NCBI GenBank assembly: GCA_965215545.1
Contig: OZ244066.1
Location: forward strand, 585,358-649,357
Origin: Paracoccaceae bacterium
GTDB taxonomy: Bacteria; Pseudomonadota; Alphaproteobacteria; Rhodobacterales; Rhodobacteraceae
DNA length: 64,000 nt
Direction: 5' to 3'
Below, one piece after another: positions 37,976 to 48,269 of the stretch. The stretch's first letter is position 1, and every line of letters starts with the position of its first letter. The position numbers were made by a program, and so were the translations under genes. The notes beneath the pieces are model-generated. The model was given only the letters and a program-made list of their open reading frames with translations, was not told the DNA's origin and searched no databases.

Positions 37976-39544
37976 TCAGGGGAGGACAGCTGGCTCCGCC
38001 CGGACTTCGAGAAGGTTGCGGGCGTCGCGCCCGCAGGCGATGGCAACGAGATGGACAGTCTGGCCGTGCTGGGTGTCGGCATAGCCCCGGTCCCGCATCT
38101 GGGCGTGCGCGGCATCAAGGGCCGCCTCGGCACCATCGTGGCTGTCCGCCATCTTGAATTCGAGGATGAAGACCTGGCCGCCGAGATGGATGACCATGTC
38201 GGCCCGGCCATGGCTGGTGGCGGCCTCGGCGTGCACATCGACGCCGATGGCACGGAAGACCATGTGCAGGAGACTGGCATACCAGGCCTCGTAGCGGGCG
38301 AGGTCGCCTGTGGTGTGCCACTGGTAGGGAATGCTGGCCAGCCAGGCCTTGAGGGTCTCGGCGAAGCCTGTGAAGTCATTGGCTTCGAGCCGGTCCCGCA
38401 GGGTGTCCCCCTCATCGAGGGGCACCCGGCCCTGCGGGTTCAGGGCCGCCAGCAGATGATCGTTGAGGCTGAGCTTGACTTCCTGATTGGGATAGTCGAG
38501 CCGGTAGAGGGTGCGGTGGCCCTGGCGGATCTCGTCCGTGATGGTGAGGTAGCCGGTCTGGAACAGCAGGGCCTCGGGGCTGATGGCATCGACATCGAAC
38601 TTCGAGACCAGGGACCGGTCGGCCAGGCATCCCTCCAGGTCCAGGGGGCTGATGGACGTCCTCTTCAACGTCTCGAACAGGAAGGTCGGCGAGCCGGTCT
38701 CGAACCAGTGGGGTTTGAACTCCCGGGTGTCCAGCAGCAACAGCACATCGAAGGGATTGTAGAGGCGCTCTTCACCCAGCCAGCTGTAGCCATTGTACCA
38801 GGTGCGGATCGCCTCGCGATCGAGGCCTGTAAGCTCCGGCGCAAACACCGTGTCGAGATCGGCCTCGGTGTAGCCGCAGAGCGTGGCAAAGCGGGGATCG
38901 AGACTGATGTCCTTGAGGTTGTTCAGGCCCGAGAACAGGCTGACCCTGGAGACCATGCTGATGCCGGTGACGAACACGAAGCGGACATGGGCGGCGCTGT
39001 CCTTGATGATGCCGTAGAAACCCCGCAGATAGTCGCGGTTGGCCCGGGCCCGGGCGGGGTCGTGGAGGGCATCGAGGATGGGCTTGTCGTACTCGTCGAC
39101 GAGGACCACGACGCGCTGGCCGGTCTGGTGATGGAGGCGGTCCAGGAGATTGCGCAGGCGGCGGGGGCCGGTATCCGAAGTGGCGGCTGGTGGGAGGCCG
39201 GCATTCCGCTCAATGGCCTCCAGCTGTTCGATGATGTCGCCTTCGATCTCCTCCGGTCGGTCATACTTGCCATCAAAGCTCAGGCGTACCACCGGGTGGG
39301 TGACCGACCAGTCCCAGTGTGGGTGGATGGCGAGCCCCTGGAAGAGGGCTTCCTCGCCGGCAAACAGGGCCCGGAGCGTGTCGACCAGCAGACTCTTGCC
39401 GAAGCGGCGGGGGCGGGACAGGAAGTAGTGCCGCCCCTCTTCCACTAACCGACCGATAAGGGGTGTCTTGTCGACATAGTAGAACCCCTCGCTTCGGATG
39501 GTCGCAAAATCCTGGATCCCGATGGGCAGGTGTTGGCGGGTCAT
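37976..39544 (-). CDS. AAA-ATPase_like (DUF1703-type) N-terminal domain + PD-(D/E)XK nuclease (PDDEXK_9-type) C-terminal domain protein
   Basis: 522 aa. LPIGIQDFATIRSEGFYYVDKTPLI..YFLSRPRRFGKSLLVDTL.., VVLVDEYDKPI, and the C-terminus SHGRADMVIHLGGQVFILEFK. This is the well-known widespread family. Confidence 0.85.
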   Translation of the reverse strand: MTRQHLPIGIQDFATIRSEGFYYVDKTPLIGRLVEEGRHYFLSRPRRFGKSLLVDTLRALFAGEEALFQGLAIHPHWDWSVTHPVVRLSFDGKYDRPEEIEGDIIEQLEAIERNAGLPPAATSDTGPRRLRNLLDRLHHQTGQRVVVLVDEYDKPILDALHDPARARANRDYLRGFYGIIKDSAAHVRFVFVTGISMVSRVSLFSGLNNLKDISLDPRFATLCGYTEADLDTVFAPELTGLDREAIRTWYNGYSWLGEERLYNPFDVLLLLDTREFKPHWFETGSPTFLFETLKRTSISPLDLEGCLADRSLVSKFDVDAISPEALLFQTGYLTITDEIRQGHRTLYRLDYPNQEVKLSLNDHLLAALNPQGRVPLDEGDTLRDRLEANDFTGFAETLKAWLASIPYQWHTTGDLARYEAWYASLLHMVFRAIGVDVHAEAATSHGRADMVIHLGGQVFILEFKMADSHDGAEAALDAAHAQMRDRGYADTQHGQTVHLVAIACGRDARNLLEVRAEPAVLP

Positions 39545-40519
39545 GGGTCCTGTCCTTCGTTGCAGGTGATGGGTGCTCCGTTATGAGGGCCAGGCATCGG
39601 GGTGGATGGCTGGGGTGTGGTTGTCATTGCCGATCACCTCCGACTGTTTTCAGATGTCCATCCCTGCCGCTCCGGGCCGGATGGGCGGATCGGTCGGGTG
39701 GACGCCGCCAGGGACCCCATCCCCGGGGTCCGGCCGTCAGACAGGGCAACGCCTTGGGGATGGCTCCCGGTTTCAGCATGGCCTGTCATGACCTGCAATC
39801 ATTGCCAGATGTCAACCCGCCTTCCCTGCAGGCAGGACTCGATCCGTGCCAGCCCATCACGGCGGGGCTGGCGAGCGGCACGATCAGGCATCGGTGTCGG
39901 CGGCATAGAGGAGCTGGGCATCGGTCTTGCGGGCATTGATGAGCGCCCGATGGGATCGACATCCGCTCCCGGGGCGGCCGAGCCGACCATGGACCGGGTC
40001 CGGACCCGGTCTCGACGGCAGAGGGTGGCGGTGCGATGGTGGTGCAAGAGCGCAGGCATGGTGGCTCTCCCTCGGTTGTCGTGCCGCAGGCGTTGTCCCC
40101 TGTGACATAGAGGTCCGGCCCGGGCTTGGCAAGGGCTGGGTCACCGGAACACGGGGGTGGTCCACCCGACGGGCCGCTGAGGGATTCCGCCATGGAGGGC
40201 GGCCCGGGTCCGGCTGGCCGGGGTGTCAGTCCCGATCTGGCGGCGTTGGGATCCCGATCAGATGAAGTGTGGATCCCGATTGGACGCCTGGCCGGTCGCG
40301 ATGGGTCGGACAGTCAGTCCCGGTCAGACGACCATGACCCCCTCACACGCATCACCCGCATGGACCGCCGCTGGGGGACATCCCAGCCGATCCTGACCCG
40401 GCGGGTGGCCAGGGCCTGGTGGTAAGGCGGGCCGGGGCGGTGTTCGGCCAACGGTGGGCGGACTCAGAAATCCGGTGCGGGGCTGTCGTCTGGAGAGGGA
40501 CTGGGATCAGGCGTGGGCG

Positions 40520-41085
40520 CTGGACCCTTCGGCAGGCCGATGGCCGAGGACAGTTTCGGAAGGGCGGGCCGAGGCGAGACACAGCTCGCCCTTCGCATTC
40601 CGCCAGCCCTCGCGCTCGCAGAGCCCGCGGGCCAGAAAGGTGCGCGTGCAGTCCCCGGCCGCAAGCCTCGCCTTCAGTCAGTCAACCGTCTCGGAAGCGC
40701 AGTGTCGGAGGCCGATTCTCATGCAGCCGAGGATACGACGTCAGAAACATCGAGTCAGCAGTGTCCTGTTGAAAGGCGCGGGGCCAGGGCGCTGTGGTCA
40801 GTCATCGCCGCCGGGGCCAGGGTGTGGGTCCGGGGAGGGTATCGGTCGCCGGGCAGTGGCGACCACCGGGGGATGCGCGGCGGACGTCCACCGCCATCGA
40901 GACCGTGGTCAGACCCGACCCGGTCGGTGGGGACGAGTGTGGCGTGGTCATGGTCCTGACGCCTCTCTGACCGGTCATGGATGGCGAGGTCATGCCACCC
41001 ATCGACAGGCCTCGCCATGTCCCGGACAGGACAACAGCAACGTCCGGGGGCTGGCAAGAGTATGGTATCTATATGATCGCCATAA
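40520..41085 (-). mobile_element. Solo left end (TIR + first about 70 codons) of the IS4/DUF4338-like element, inverted relative to 29610-30115
   Basis: The reverse complement aligns by eye with 29610-30110, including the core motif at 40745-40785 and the coding fragment ...ARAALPKLSSA.... Boundaries are +/- 30 bp. Confidence 0.5.
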
Positions 41086-41117
41086 GAATCCCCTTTCAAT
41101 TCGCCAGTGCCGGGGTG

Positions 41118-42602
41118 TCAACCCTGAGCGGGCCGGCAACCATGGGGATTCTCCTGAATTGGCCAGATGTCGCGACTCAGGTTGCGATAGCCATTTGTTG
41201 CCGGGTTGCTCGGATACGGTCCGTCGATGGCGACATACAGGATTTTCGAGGCAATCACGGAAAACGCATCGTGGAAGTGATTCGTGGACTTCACAACGAG
41301 CATGGACCGTTCCCTTGGATCGATGCCGAAATTGGCAAACACGTCTGGATGAAAGACCTGGCTGCGCACGGTGTTCAGGATGACGTCGATGCCGCCGACG
41401 TCAATTCGAACACTGTCTCCGAGCGGCACAACACTCTCACCAAAACTCTGAACCGCTTCATGCAGAATGCGGTGCACCCTGACTCTGGCATCAAGCGGCT
41501 CGCCACCTGCGTGCCCCATCTTGCCCCCGAAGCGAAGCTGCAATTCGGTGCCCTCACCCGCTGATATGCATGTGCGAACCGCCATAGGATCCCAGATGGT
41601 CGCCAATGCCGCATTGTCAATCTTGCGACGGATCATCTCGCGCAGAATGATTGTGGAGTCGCCGGGCACACCGCCTCCGGGATTGTCCCACACATCCGCA
41701 ATGACCAGCGGGCCACCCATCCATGCCTCAGCCCTGTCCAGTGCTTCGCCTGGCGAATGGAAAACCGGCCGTGTCCTGCCTCTCATCGAGAACAGCTCGA
41801 GCCCGAGCCTTCTGGCAAGCACGTCGCCCTCGTTCTTCGCATCATCCGTAATCACGATGATCTTGGCTCCAAGGTCGGGCACATCGCCTGCCATGAAACC
41901 ATGGATGACGGAAACGGACAGGATCCTGCCACACCCCTCGAGCGCCTTCAAGGCATCAACAAAGCCGCGCATGGGTTCATGGCTCGTCGGGAAGACATCG
42001 ACAATCCGGCAATCAAAGGTCGAGATCACCGGCATGATGCTCCTGACCGAGGCACGGTCCACCAGATCGATCAGGTTTTCGGCTGTTTCGACGAAGTCCG
42101 TATGAGGAAACTCCTTGAAGACCGTGATCAGGTCGGCATTTTCCACCCGCCTGTCGGACAAGTGGCTGTGCGGGTCGAAGGTGACCCCGATGATCGCATC
42201 ACGTCCGACGATCGCACGAACTGCCTCGATCAGTTCGCCTTCACAGTCGAGACATTCCTGGGACACCATGGCACCATGCAACCCAAGCAGCACGATGTCC
42301 ACCGGCAGCGCGACACGAAGCTCCTTGAGGAGCTGGTCGCGAAGAGTCTCCCAAGTGCGCTGGTTGACAATGCCGCCCGGCTCCGCCCATGTCGCCGTGC
42401 CCTCGATCAATGTCCACCCGATTGCGTCAGCTTTCGCGCGTGCAACCGGGTAGATCGCACTGCACAATGTGGGTGTCGAGGGGTGCGAGCCAGGAGGTGC
42501 AAAGAAACTGTCCTTGAAATCGCGCATGTCCGTCCGCAATGGAGAGAATGTGTTGGTCTCTGTTGCAATCGAGCCCAGGAAGACACGTTTCCGGCTCATC
42601 AT
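41118..42602 (-). CDS. M81-family metallopeptidase (MlrC/microcystinase C-like)
   Basis: 494 aa. RVFLGSIATETNTFSP, VLLGLHGAMV, FDPHSHLS, VIHGFMAGDVPDLG. This is the DUF1485 + MlrC_C architecture. Confidence 0.85.
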   Translation of the reverse strand: MMSRKRVFLGSIATETNTFSPLRTDMRDFKDSFFAPPGSHPSTPTLCSAIYPVARAKADAIGWTLIEGTATWAEPGGIVNQRTWETLRDQLLKELRVALPVDIVLLGLHGAMVSQECLDCEGELIEAVRAIVGRDAIIGVTFDPHSHLSDRRVENADLITVFKEFPHTDFVETAENLIDLVDRASVRSIMPVISTFDCRIVDVFPTSHEPMRGFVDALKALEGCGRILSVSVIHGFMAGDVPDLGAKIIVITDDAKNEGDVLARRLGLELFSMRGRTRPVFHSPGEALDRAEAWMGGPLVIADVWDNPGGGVPGDSTIILREMIRRKIDNAALATIWDPMAVRTCISAGEGTELQLRFGGKMGHAGGEPLDARVRVHRILHEAVQSFGESVVPLGDSVRIDVGGIDVILNTVRSQVFHPDVFANFGIDPRERSMLVVKSTNHFHDAFSVIASKILYVAIDGPYPSNPATNGYRNLSRDIWPIQENPHGCRPAQG

Positions 42603-43405
42603 CCGGTCCTCTTGCCAAGGCGCGGAATCGAGGCCAGAAGCCTTTGCGTATAGGCGTGCTGCGGTGCCTCGAAAATCTGCCGCTTCATTCCGGTTTCGAC
42701 AAGTTTTCCCCCATACATGACTGCGACCCGGTCACTGATGTGGCGGACTGCACCGAGATCGTGACTGATGAACAGCATCGACATGCCGCAGTCACGCTGG
42801 AGCTTCTTTAGCAGGTTGAGAACCTGGGCCTGGATGGAAACATCAAGCGCCGAGACCGGCTCGTCGGCAATGACGAGACGCGGAGTCAGGATCATGACTC
42901 TGGCAATACCGATACGCTGTCGCTGACCGCCGGAGAATTCGTGCGGGTAGCGTTTCATCGAGTCCGCCTCCATCCCCACACGTTCAAGCGTTGCAGCGAT
43001 CCTCGCGCGCGCTGCCGGTCGGTTACGCACAAGTCCATGAATGAAAAGCGGTTCGGCCAGCATCTGCTCGATGCTGAGACGTGGATTGAGTGAGGCAAAT
43101 GGATCCTGAAAAATCATCTGGATATCCCGCCGCAACGGCCGGAATGCGGCCGGCGACAGGGTCAGGATATCCCGCCCGTCGAACAGTGCCGTTCCAGCCG
43201 TGGCCGCTTCCAGATGGGTCAAGGTCCGTCCGACCGTGGACTTGCCACAGCCACTCTCGCCGACCAGGCTGAGAACTTCGCCATTGTGGATGGTGAATGA
43301 AACGCCATCAACGGCCCTGAGCACAGACGTCCTGCGCATGAACCCACCCCGTCCGACACGGAAATGTGTCTTCAGCGCGTGCACTTCCAGCAGGGGATGG
43401 GTCAT
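42599..43405 (-). CDS. Peptide ABC transporter ATP-binding protein (DppF/OppF-like)
   Basis: Walker A GESGCGKST, signature FSGGQRQRIGIA, Walker B LVIADEPVSALD. The start at 43405 gives an ATGA overlap with the upstream gene. Confidence 0.9.
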   Translation of the reverse strand: MTHPLLEVHALKTHFRVGRGGFMRRTSVLRAVDGVSFTIHNGEVLSLVGESGCGKSTVGRTLTHLEAATAGTALFDGRDILTLSPAAFRPLRRDIQMIFQDPFASLNPRLSIEQMLAEPLFIHGLVRNRPAARARIAATLERVGMEADSMKRYPHEFSGGQRQRIGIARVMILTPRLVIADEPVSALDVSIQAQVLNLLKKLQRDCGMSMLFISHDLGAVRHISDRVAVMYGGKLVETGMKRQIFEAPQHAYTQRLLASIPRLGKRTG

Positions 43406-44376
43406 GGTGACGATCCTTGCGGAAAATGACAACGGACGACGTGGGAGGGTGCAACGGCCACAACGTCTGGATCTGTTGTCATGCAGGTTCCCTTTGCCGC
43501 AAAGCAGCGTGGGTGAAAGGCGCAGCCGGGCACTGTTTCGTCCAGCGTCGGCACCCGACCGGGAATGGCATCAAGCCATTCAACATCGCGATCGAGGGCT
43601 GGAATCGAGCCGAGCAGCCCCAACGTGTATGGGTGGCACATGTCTGAAATGAGTGCCGAGGTCGACGCCTGTTCGACTATCCTGCCGCGGTACATGACAG
43701 CAACCGTGTCACACATCTCGGCAACCACCCCCAGGTCATGCGAGATCAGGATGACGGACATGCCGGTCCGTGACTGCAGGTTGCGGATGAGTTCCAGCAC
43801 GTCTTTCTGTACGGTGACGTCCAGTGCCGTTGTCGGCTCGTCGGCAATCAGGAGCTGTGGATCGCAGGCAAGCGCCATCGCGATCATGACCCTTTGCCTC
43901 TGTCCGCCGGACAGCTGGTGCGGAAAACTGTCGATTCGGTGCTTCGGGTCGGGAATGTGCACGAGTTCCAGCAGTTCCAGCACACGTTCCCGCACCTGCC
44001 TTCTGGTCATGCTGCGATGCTGCAGAAGGGCTTCCCGGATCTGGTCACCGACCCGATAGACAGGATTCAGGCTGGTCATCGGTTCCTGAAATATCATGGC
44101 CATCCGCGCGCCCATCACCCGCCGCCGCTCGTCGGGAGAAAGCGCCAGGAGGTCCTGGCCCTGGAATCGAATTGACCCTCCGACAATCCGCACTGGCGAA
44201 CCTTCGAGCAACCCCATGATTGCCAATGCGGTCAGACTCTTGCCGCACCCGCTCTCACCGACGATGCCCAGCGTTTCATTTTCCTCGACGGCAAGTGACG
44301 CCCCTTGCACCACTGGCAGGAATTCGCCGCCCCGGGCGATGCTCAGTTCCAGGTGTCTTATGTCAAGCAAGGCCAT
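43402..44376 (-). CDS. Peptide ABC transporter ATP-binding protein (DppD/OppD-like)
   Basis: Walker A GESGCGKSLT, LSGGQRQRVMIAMAL, LLIADEPTTALD. Has the C-terminal oligopeptide-type extension (CAFHPRC). Confidence 0.9.
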   Translation of the reverse strand: MALLDIRHLELSIARGGEFLPVVQGASLAVEENETLGIVGESGCGKSLTALAIMGLLEGSPVRIVGGSIRFQGQDLLALSPDERRRVMGARMAMIFQEPMTSLNPVYRVGDQIREALLQHRSMTRRQVRERVLELLELVHIPDPKHRIDSFPHQLSGGQRQRVMIAMALACDPQLLIADEPTTALDVTVQKDVLELIRNLQSRTGMSVILISHDLGVVAEMCDTVAVMYRGRIVEQASTSALISDMCHPYTLGLLGSIPALDRDVEWLDAIPGRVPTLDETVPGCAFHPRCFAAKGTCMTTDPDVVAVAPSHVVRCHFPQGSSP

Positions 44377-44379
44377 TGT

Positions 44380-45231
44380 TCAGACCCCCGCAATGTCGCC
44401 CTTGAACCGAGGATCGATGGTGTCACGCAACGCGTCCCCGACAAGGTTCATCGAAAAGACCGAAAGGATGATCAGCGCACCGGGAAAGATCAGCAGCCAC
44501 GGTGCGCGCGTCACATAGATCCGTTCCTCGCTCAACATGTTTCCCCAGCTCGGAACTTCCGGTGGAAGGCCAAGTCCAAGGAAGTCCAGCGCTGCGGCCT
44601 GCAATTGTGCGAAGGCAAAGATGAAACTCGCCTGCACCAGCATGGGGGACATGAGATTCGGCAAGATATGACGGAACAGGATCGACATGTGCCCCGCGCC
44701 GGAACAGATTGCGGCATCCACAAAGACATCACCCTTCAACTTCAGGGTCATGCCAAACACGATCCGGGCCGTTGTCATGGCGTAGACAATGCCAATGACG
44801 ATGATCGTGTTCAGCACGCTGCGCTCGAGGAGCGTCATCAGAACCAGCGCCAGAAGCAATGCCGGGAACGCCATCAGCACATCCACGACTCGCATCAGCA
44901 AATGGCCCAGACGGGCAAAATGGGCGGAAAGCATGCCGATCAGACCGCCAGCAGTCAGGGCGATCAGCACACTGCCCGACCCAATCAGAATCGCCATGCG
45001 CGCACCGTATATGGCCCGGGAAAGCGAATCCCGACCAAAATGATCGGTTCCGAAGAGATGGGGCCAACCGGGTTCGGAAAGGCGAACGAGCGGGTCGAAT
45101 TCCAGCGGGTCGAATGGTGCCAGAAGCGGTGCCCAGAGCGCCGCAATGCCGACGATCAGCAGCCAGCACGCACCGATCATGGCAAGCACGCGACCACGAA
45201 AGACCGGCGCGATTGAAAGAACCGTGCTCAT
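44380..45231 (-). CDS. Peptide ABC transporter permease (DppC/OppC-like)
   Basis: 283 aa, multi-TM. The GTDHFGRDSLSRAIYGAR motif is typical of DppC-type permeases. Confidence 0.9.
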   Translation of the reverse strand: MSTVLSIAPVFRGRVLAMIGACWLLIVGIAALWAPLLAPFDPLEFDPLVRLSEPGWPHLFGTDHFGRDSLSRAIYGARMAILIGSGSVLIALTAGGLIGMLSAHFARLGHLLMRVVDVLMAFPALLLALVLMTLLERSVLNTIIVIGIVYAMTTARIVFGMTLKLKGDVFVDAAICSGAGHMSILFRHILPNLMSPMLVQASFIFAFAQLQAAALDFLGLGLPPEVPSWGNMLSEERIYVTRAPWLLIFPGALIILSVFSMNLVGDALRDTIDPRFKGDIAGV

Positions 45232-46175
45232 TGCAGCGACACTCTCGGATCCAGACTCGCATAGGCAAGGTCCACCAGGAGATTGATGACCATGTAGAAG
45301 ACCACAATGATCAGTATGACGCCCTGGATCACCGGATAATCGCGCCGCAGGATGGATTCCACCACAAGCCGTCCGATGCCAGGCAGGGAAAAGACGGTTT
45401 CGGTCACCACCGCTTCGCTGACCAGTGTCGCGAAAGTGAAGCCGAAAGCCGCGGCAACGGCAATGAGCGCATTGCGGAAGATGTGCCTGATGGTCACCCG
45501 GGCCGGGTGCAGGCCCTTGGCTCTGGCCGTGCGCACATGGTCTTCCCGCGCGACATCAAGCATGGAGGCGCGTATCAGGCGGATGATGAGAGCTGCGTTG
45601 GGTGCCGCCAGGGTCAGGCTGGGCAGAACGAGGTAGCGCAGGTTCGCTGCTCCACCCTCATCGGCTAGCGACGGAAATCCAGAAGAGGGGAACCAGCCCA
45701 GCCCGACCGAGAAGATCAGGATCAGATAGAGCCCCAGCCAGAACGTCGGCACCGAAGCAAACAACATGGCTCCACCAGAGGTCACCTGATCGACCCATGA
45801 TCCGTGACGCATGGCGGCAATGATGCCAACCGGAACCCCGAACACGACAATCCAGAACATGGTCATTGTCGCCAGGAGGATCGAGGTTTCGGCACCGTCG
45901 GCGATGACCGAAAGAACAGGTTCATGAAAGAAGACTGATGTCCCGAGATCGCCCTGCAGGACATTGCCGAGCCACAGAACATACTGCGTCCAAAGCGGTT
46001 CATCCAGACCGAGCGCGCGAGAGAGTTCGGCAACGTCCTCCGGTGTTGCCGTGTCACCCAGAAGGATCGAGGCCGGATCGCCGGGGATCAAGTGAATGAA
46101 CATGAAGACCAGAAACGAGGCGGCCAACAGTGTGGGGACAAGCGTCAGGGCTCTGTTCAAGGCATAGATCAACAT
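45228..46175 (-). CDS. Peptide ABC transporter permease (DppB/OppB-like)
   Basis: 315 aa. IHLIPGDPA and EDHVRTARAKGL (EAA-loop region). Confidence 0.9.
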   Translation of the reverse strand: MLIYALNRALTLVPTLLAASFLVFMFIHLIPGDPASILLGDTATPEDVAELSRALGLDEPLWTQYVLWLGNVLQGDLGTSVFFHEPVLSVIADGAETSILLATMTMFWIVVFGVPVGIIAAMRHGSWVDQVTSGGAMLFASVPTFWLGLYLILIFSVGLGWFPSSGFPSLADEGGAANLRYLVLPSLTLAAPNAALIIRLIRASMLDVAREDHVRTARAKGLHPARVTIRHIFRNALIAVAAAFGFTFATLVSEAVVTETVFSLPGIGRLVVESILRRDYPVIQGVILIIVVFYMVINLLVDLAYASLDPRVSLQ

Positions 46176-46201
46176 GAAACGGCCCGATGAGAGCGGAAAT
46201 C

Positions 46202-46232
46202 GGCCTCCCCGCCTTTCAACGGCGGGGAGGCC
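46202..46232 (-). promoter_or_regulatory. Intercistronic 12-bp GC stem-loop between the binding-protein and permease genes
   Basis: GGCCTCCCCGCC-tttcaac-GGCGGGGAGGCC is a perfect palindrome arm pair. There is no clear U-tract. The position is typical of mRNA-stabilising or attenuating hairpins after ABC binding-protein genes. Confidence 0.5.
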
Positions 46233-46245
46233 GAAGGATTATCAC

Positions 46246-47787
46246 TTATTTTGAAACGTTCCAGAAGTGTGGCCAGATCAGGGTCGCCTCACCGAGGCCT
46301 GCCAGATCAGGCGATGCGATATTGTAGGTATAGACATCACCCGTCTTCATTGTCGGGACCTGCTCGTAGATCAACGCCTGGATCTCGGTCCAGATCGCCT
46401 GACGTTCGGCTGGATCCGAGCTCTCGGTGAACTGCGCCTTCAGGGCGTTTATCTCCTTTGTTGCCCACCAACCGGGATAGCTGTCATTCATGACCGAGAT
46501 CAGGATCGGGTCGGGCACAAAACCATGATGGGTGAAGAACATGTCCCACTGGTCCGGCTGGGCCCGCTTTTCAATCAGGGTGGCCCAGTCATAGACCTGG
46601 AGGTCGATGTTGAATCCGGCCTGTGCCAGCTGCCGGGTGTAGACAATCGCGGTATCGTAGTGGAACGGGTAGTTCGTCGAGACCATGAACTTGATCGGCT
46701 CACCGCCATATCCGGCATCTTCGGCCATGGTGCGGGCGGCATCCGCATCGCCCATGCTGAAGTGCTCGGTGCCGGCTTCCGTGAACCACACGTTGCCCTC
46801 GGGCAGGAACGAACCATTCGCACGCCACAGTCCCTCTGGACCAATGGCCACGTGCAGTGCGGGAACCTTGTCCAGTGCCGTCTGGATCGCGCGCCGCAGG
46901 CCAAAGTTGTCCTGAAGCGGGCCATCCTTGGAATTCATGAACACCAGGCCGAAGATCGGTCCACCGTTCAGGATCGTGACAACCGAGGGATCGGCCTCGA
47001 GGTCGGCGTAGAGATCACCGGGAATGCTCTCGGCATAGTCATAGTCACCGGCCTTCAGGCCAGCCACACGCGTCCCGACGTCAGGAACCGGGATGAACCG
47101 CAGCGCGTCGAATTCGGCCACGCGTGCCCCTCCATAGCCATCTGCCTCGCCTTCAGGCGAGACATAGCCGTCGAACCTCACCAACTCCACATGGCGGTTT
47201 GGTACCCACTCGCTGAACATGTAGGGCCCTGTTCCAACGTAGTTGTCGGGCGCAATCGGCTCCTTGCCAGCGTCTTCGGCAACCGAGGCCGGGTAGATTG
47301 CTGGCCCGCCGTTGATAAAGGCCAGCAGGTTCTTCCAGGGGCCAAAGGGCTGGACAAGCCTGATCGTGATCTCGTGGTCCCCTGTCGCTGTCACGTCCTC
47401 GACATTCGCGAACAGAAGTCCGCCCCGCGACCCGAATTCCCCCCATCGGTTCAGCGACGCGACGACATCCGCTGCTGTCATGTCCTGACCGTTGTGGAAT
47501 TTCACACCGTCCCGGAGCATGATCGTGATCGTCTTCCCATCATCCGAGACTGCCTCGCCGGCGGCGAGCAGGCCAACGGGAGAATTCGAGGCATCGAATG
47601 TGTAGAGTCCCTCGAAGATGTGATGGGCAATCGTGGTTGACAGATCGGACGTGAGAACCTGCTGGTCAAGACTCGGTGGCTCGCCAACGGTCGCATACCG
47701 TAATGTCCCGGCCGCAAGTGCTGCACCGGCAAGCATGGTGCATGCACCCAAGGCAATCGCCGAGCGCAACAGCATTCTACAGTTCAT
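46246..47787 (-). CDS. Peptide/nickel ABC substrate-binding protein (family 5, DppA-like)
   Basis: Start at ATG 47787 (RBS GAGAGGAG). Signal peptide MNCRMLLRSAIALGACTMLAGAALA. Family-5 pattern LRYATVGEPPSLD. Confidence 0.9.
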   Translation of the reverse strand: MNCRMLLRSAIALGACTMLAGAALAAGTLRYATVGEPPSLDQQVLTSDLSTTIAHHIFEGLYTFDASNSPVGLLAAGEAVSDDGKTITIMLRDGVKFHNGQDMTAADVVASLNRWGEFGSRGGLLFANVEDVTATGDHEITIRLVQPFGPWKNLLAFINGGPAIYPASVAEDAGKEPIAPDNYVGTGPYMFSEWVPNRHVELVRFDGYVSPEGEADGYGGARVAEFDALRFIPVPDVGTRVAGLKAGDYDYAESIPGDLYADLEADPSVVTILNGGPIFGLVFMNSKDGPLQDNFGLRRAIQTALDKVPALHVAIGPEGLWRANGSFLPEGNVWFTEAGTEHFSMGDADAARTMAEDAGYGGEPIKFMVSTNYPFHYDTAIVYTRQLAQAGFNIDLQVYDWATLIEKRAQPDQWDMFFTHHGFVPDPILISVMNDSYPGWWATKEINALKAQFTESSDPAERQAIWTEIQALIYEQVPTMKTGDVYTYNIASPDLAGLGEATLIWPHFWNVSK

Positions 47788-48269
47788 GGTCATCTCCTCT
47801 CTCAATGGTTCCATGTGAAAGATCAATTCTGTAAGTTCATTATATTTTGCTTCCAAAACCATCAAGTGAGTTGGATGAATTTCTTTGATATGCAGAAAAA
47901 GAATTCATTTAGTTACTATCAATATTATACTTTTAATCATTATATCATTTATCAAGCAATTCTAGATTACGATACTTACTTTCATATTGGTTACTTCAGG
48001 GTGATCCACGATCCGTCATGATCATGGACCGGGCGGACCCCAAACGGTGCTTCACTGCGAGGTGCAGGCCCCGAAACGGGCATTGGGTCGTGTCTCAGTC
48101 GGAAATGATCTCTTCCTTCCGACCGCCAACCCTGCTGCAGACCGAGAGCCCCACAGCATCCGGAGCCTTGACAGTGATGCCCCGTCAACGACCAAAGACA
48201 TCCTCATGACCCGTTGCCACCCTGACCCTCACTGCCGCGCTGGCCACCCTTGTTGCGTCGGTGACAATA

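Noticed and set aside
37607-39448. 613-aa plus-strand ORF.
   Set aside because: It is entirely antisense to the well-supported AAA-ATPase_like/PD-(D/E)XK gene (37976-39544). Its composition is typical of a GC shadow frame.
39545-40520. About 1 kb with only GC-type ORFs between the PD-(D/E)XK ATPase gene and the solo IS end.
   Set aside because: No motif-bearing frame was found. It is most simply decayed interior of the IS4/DUF4338-like element.
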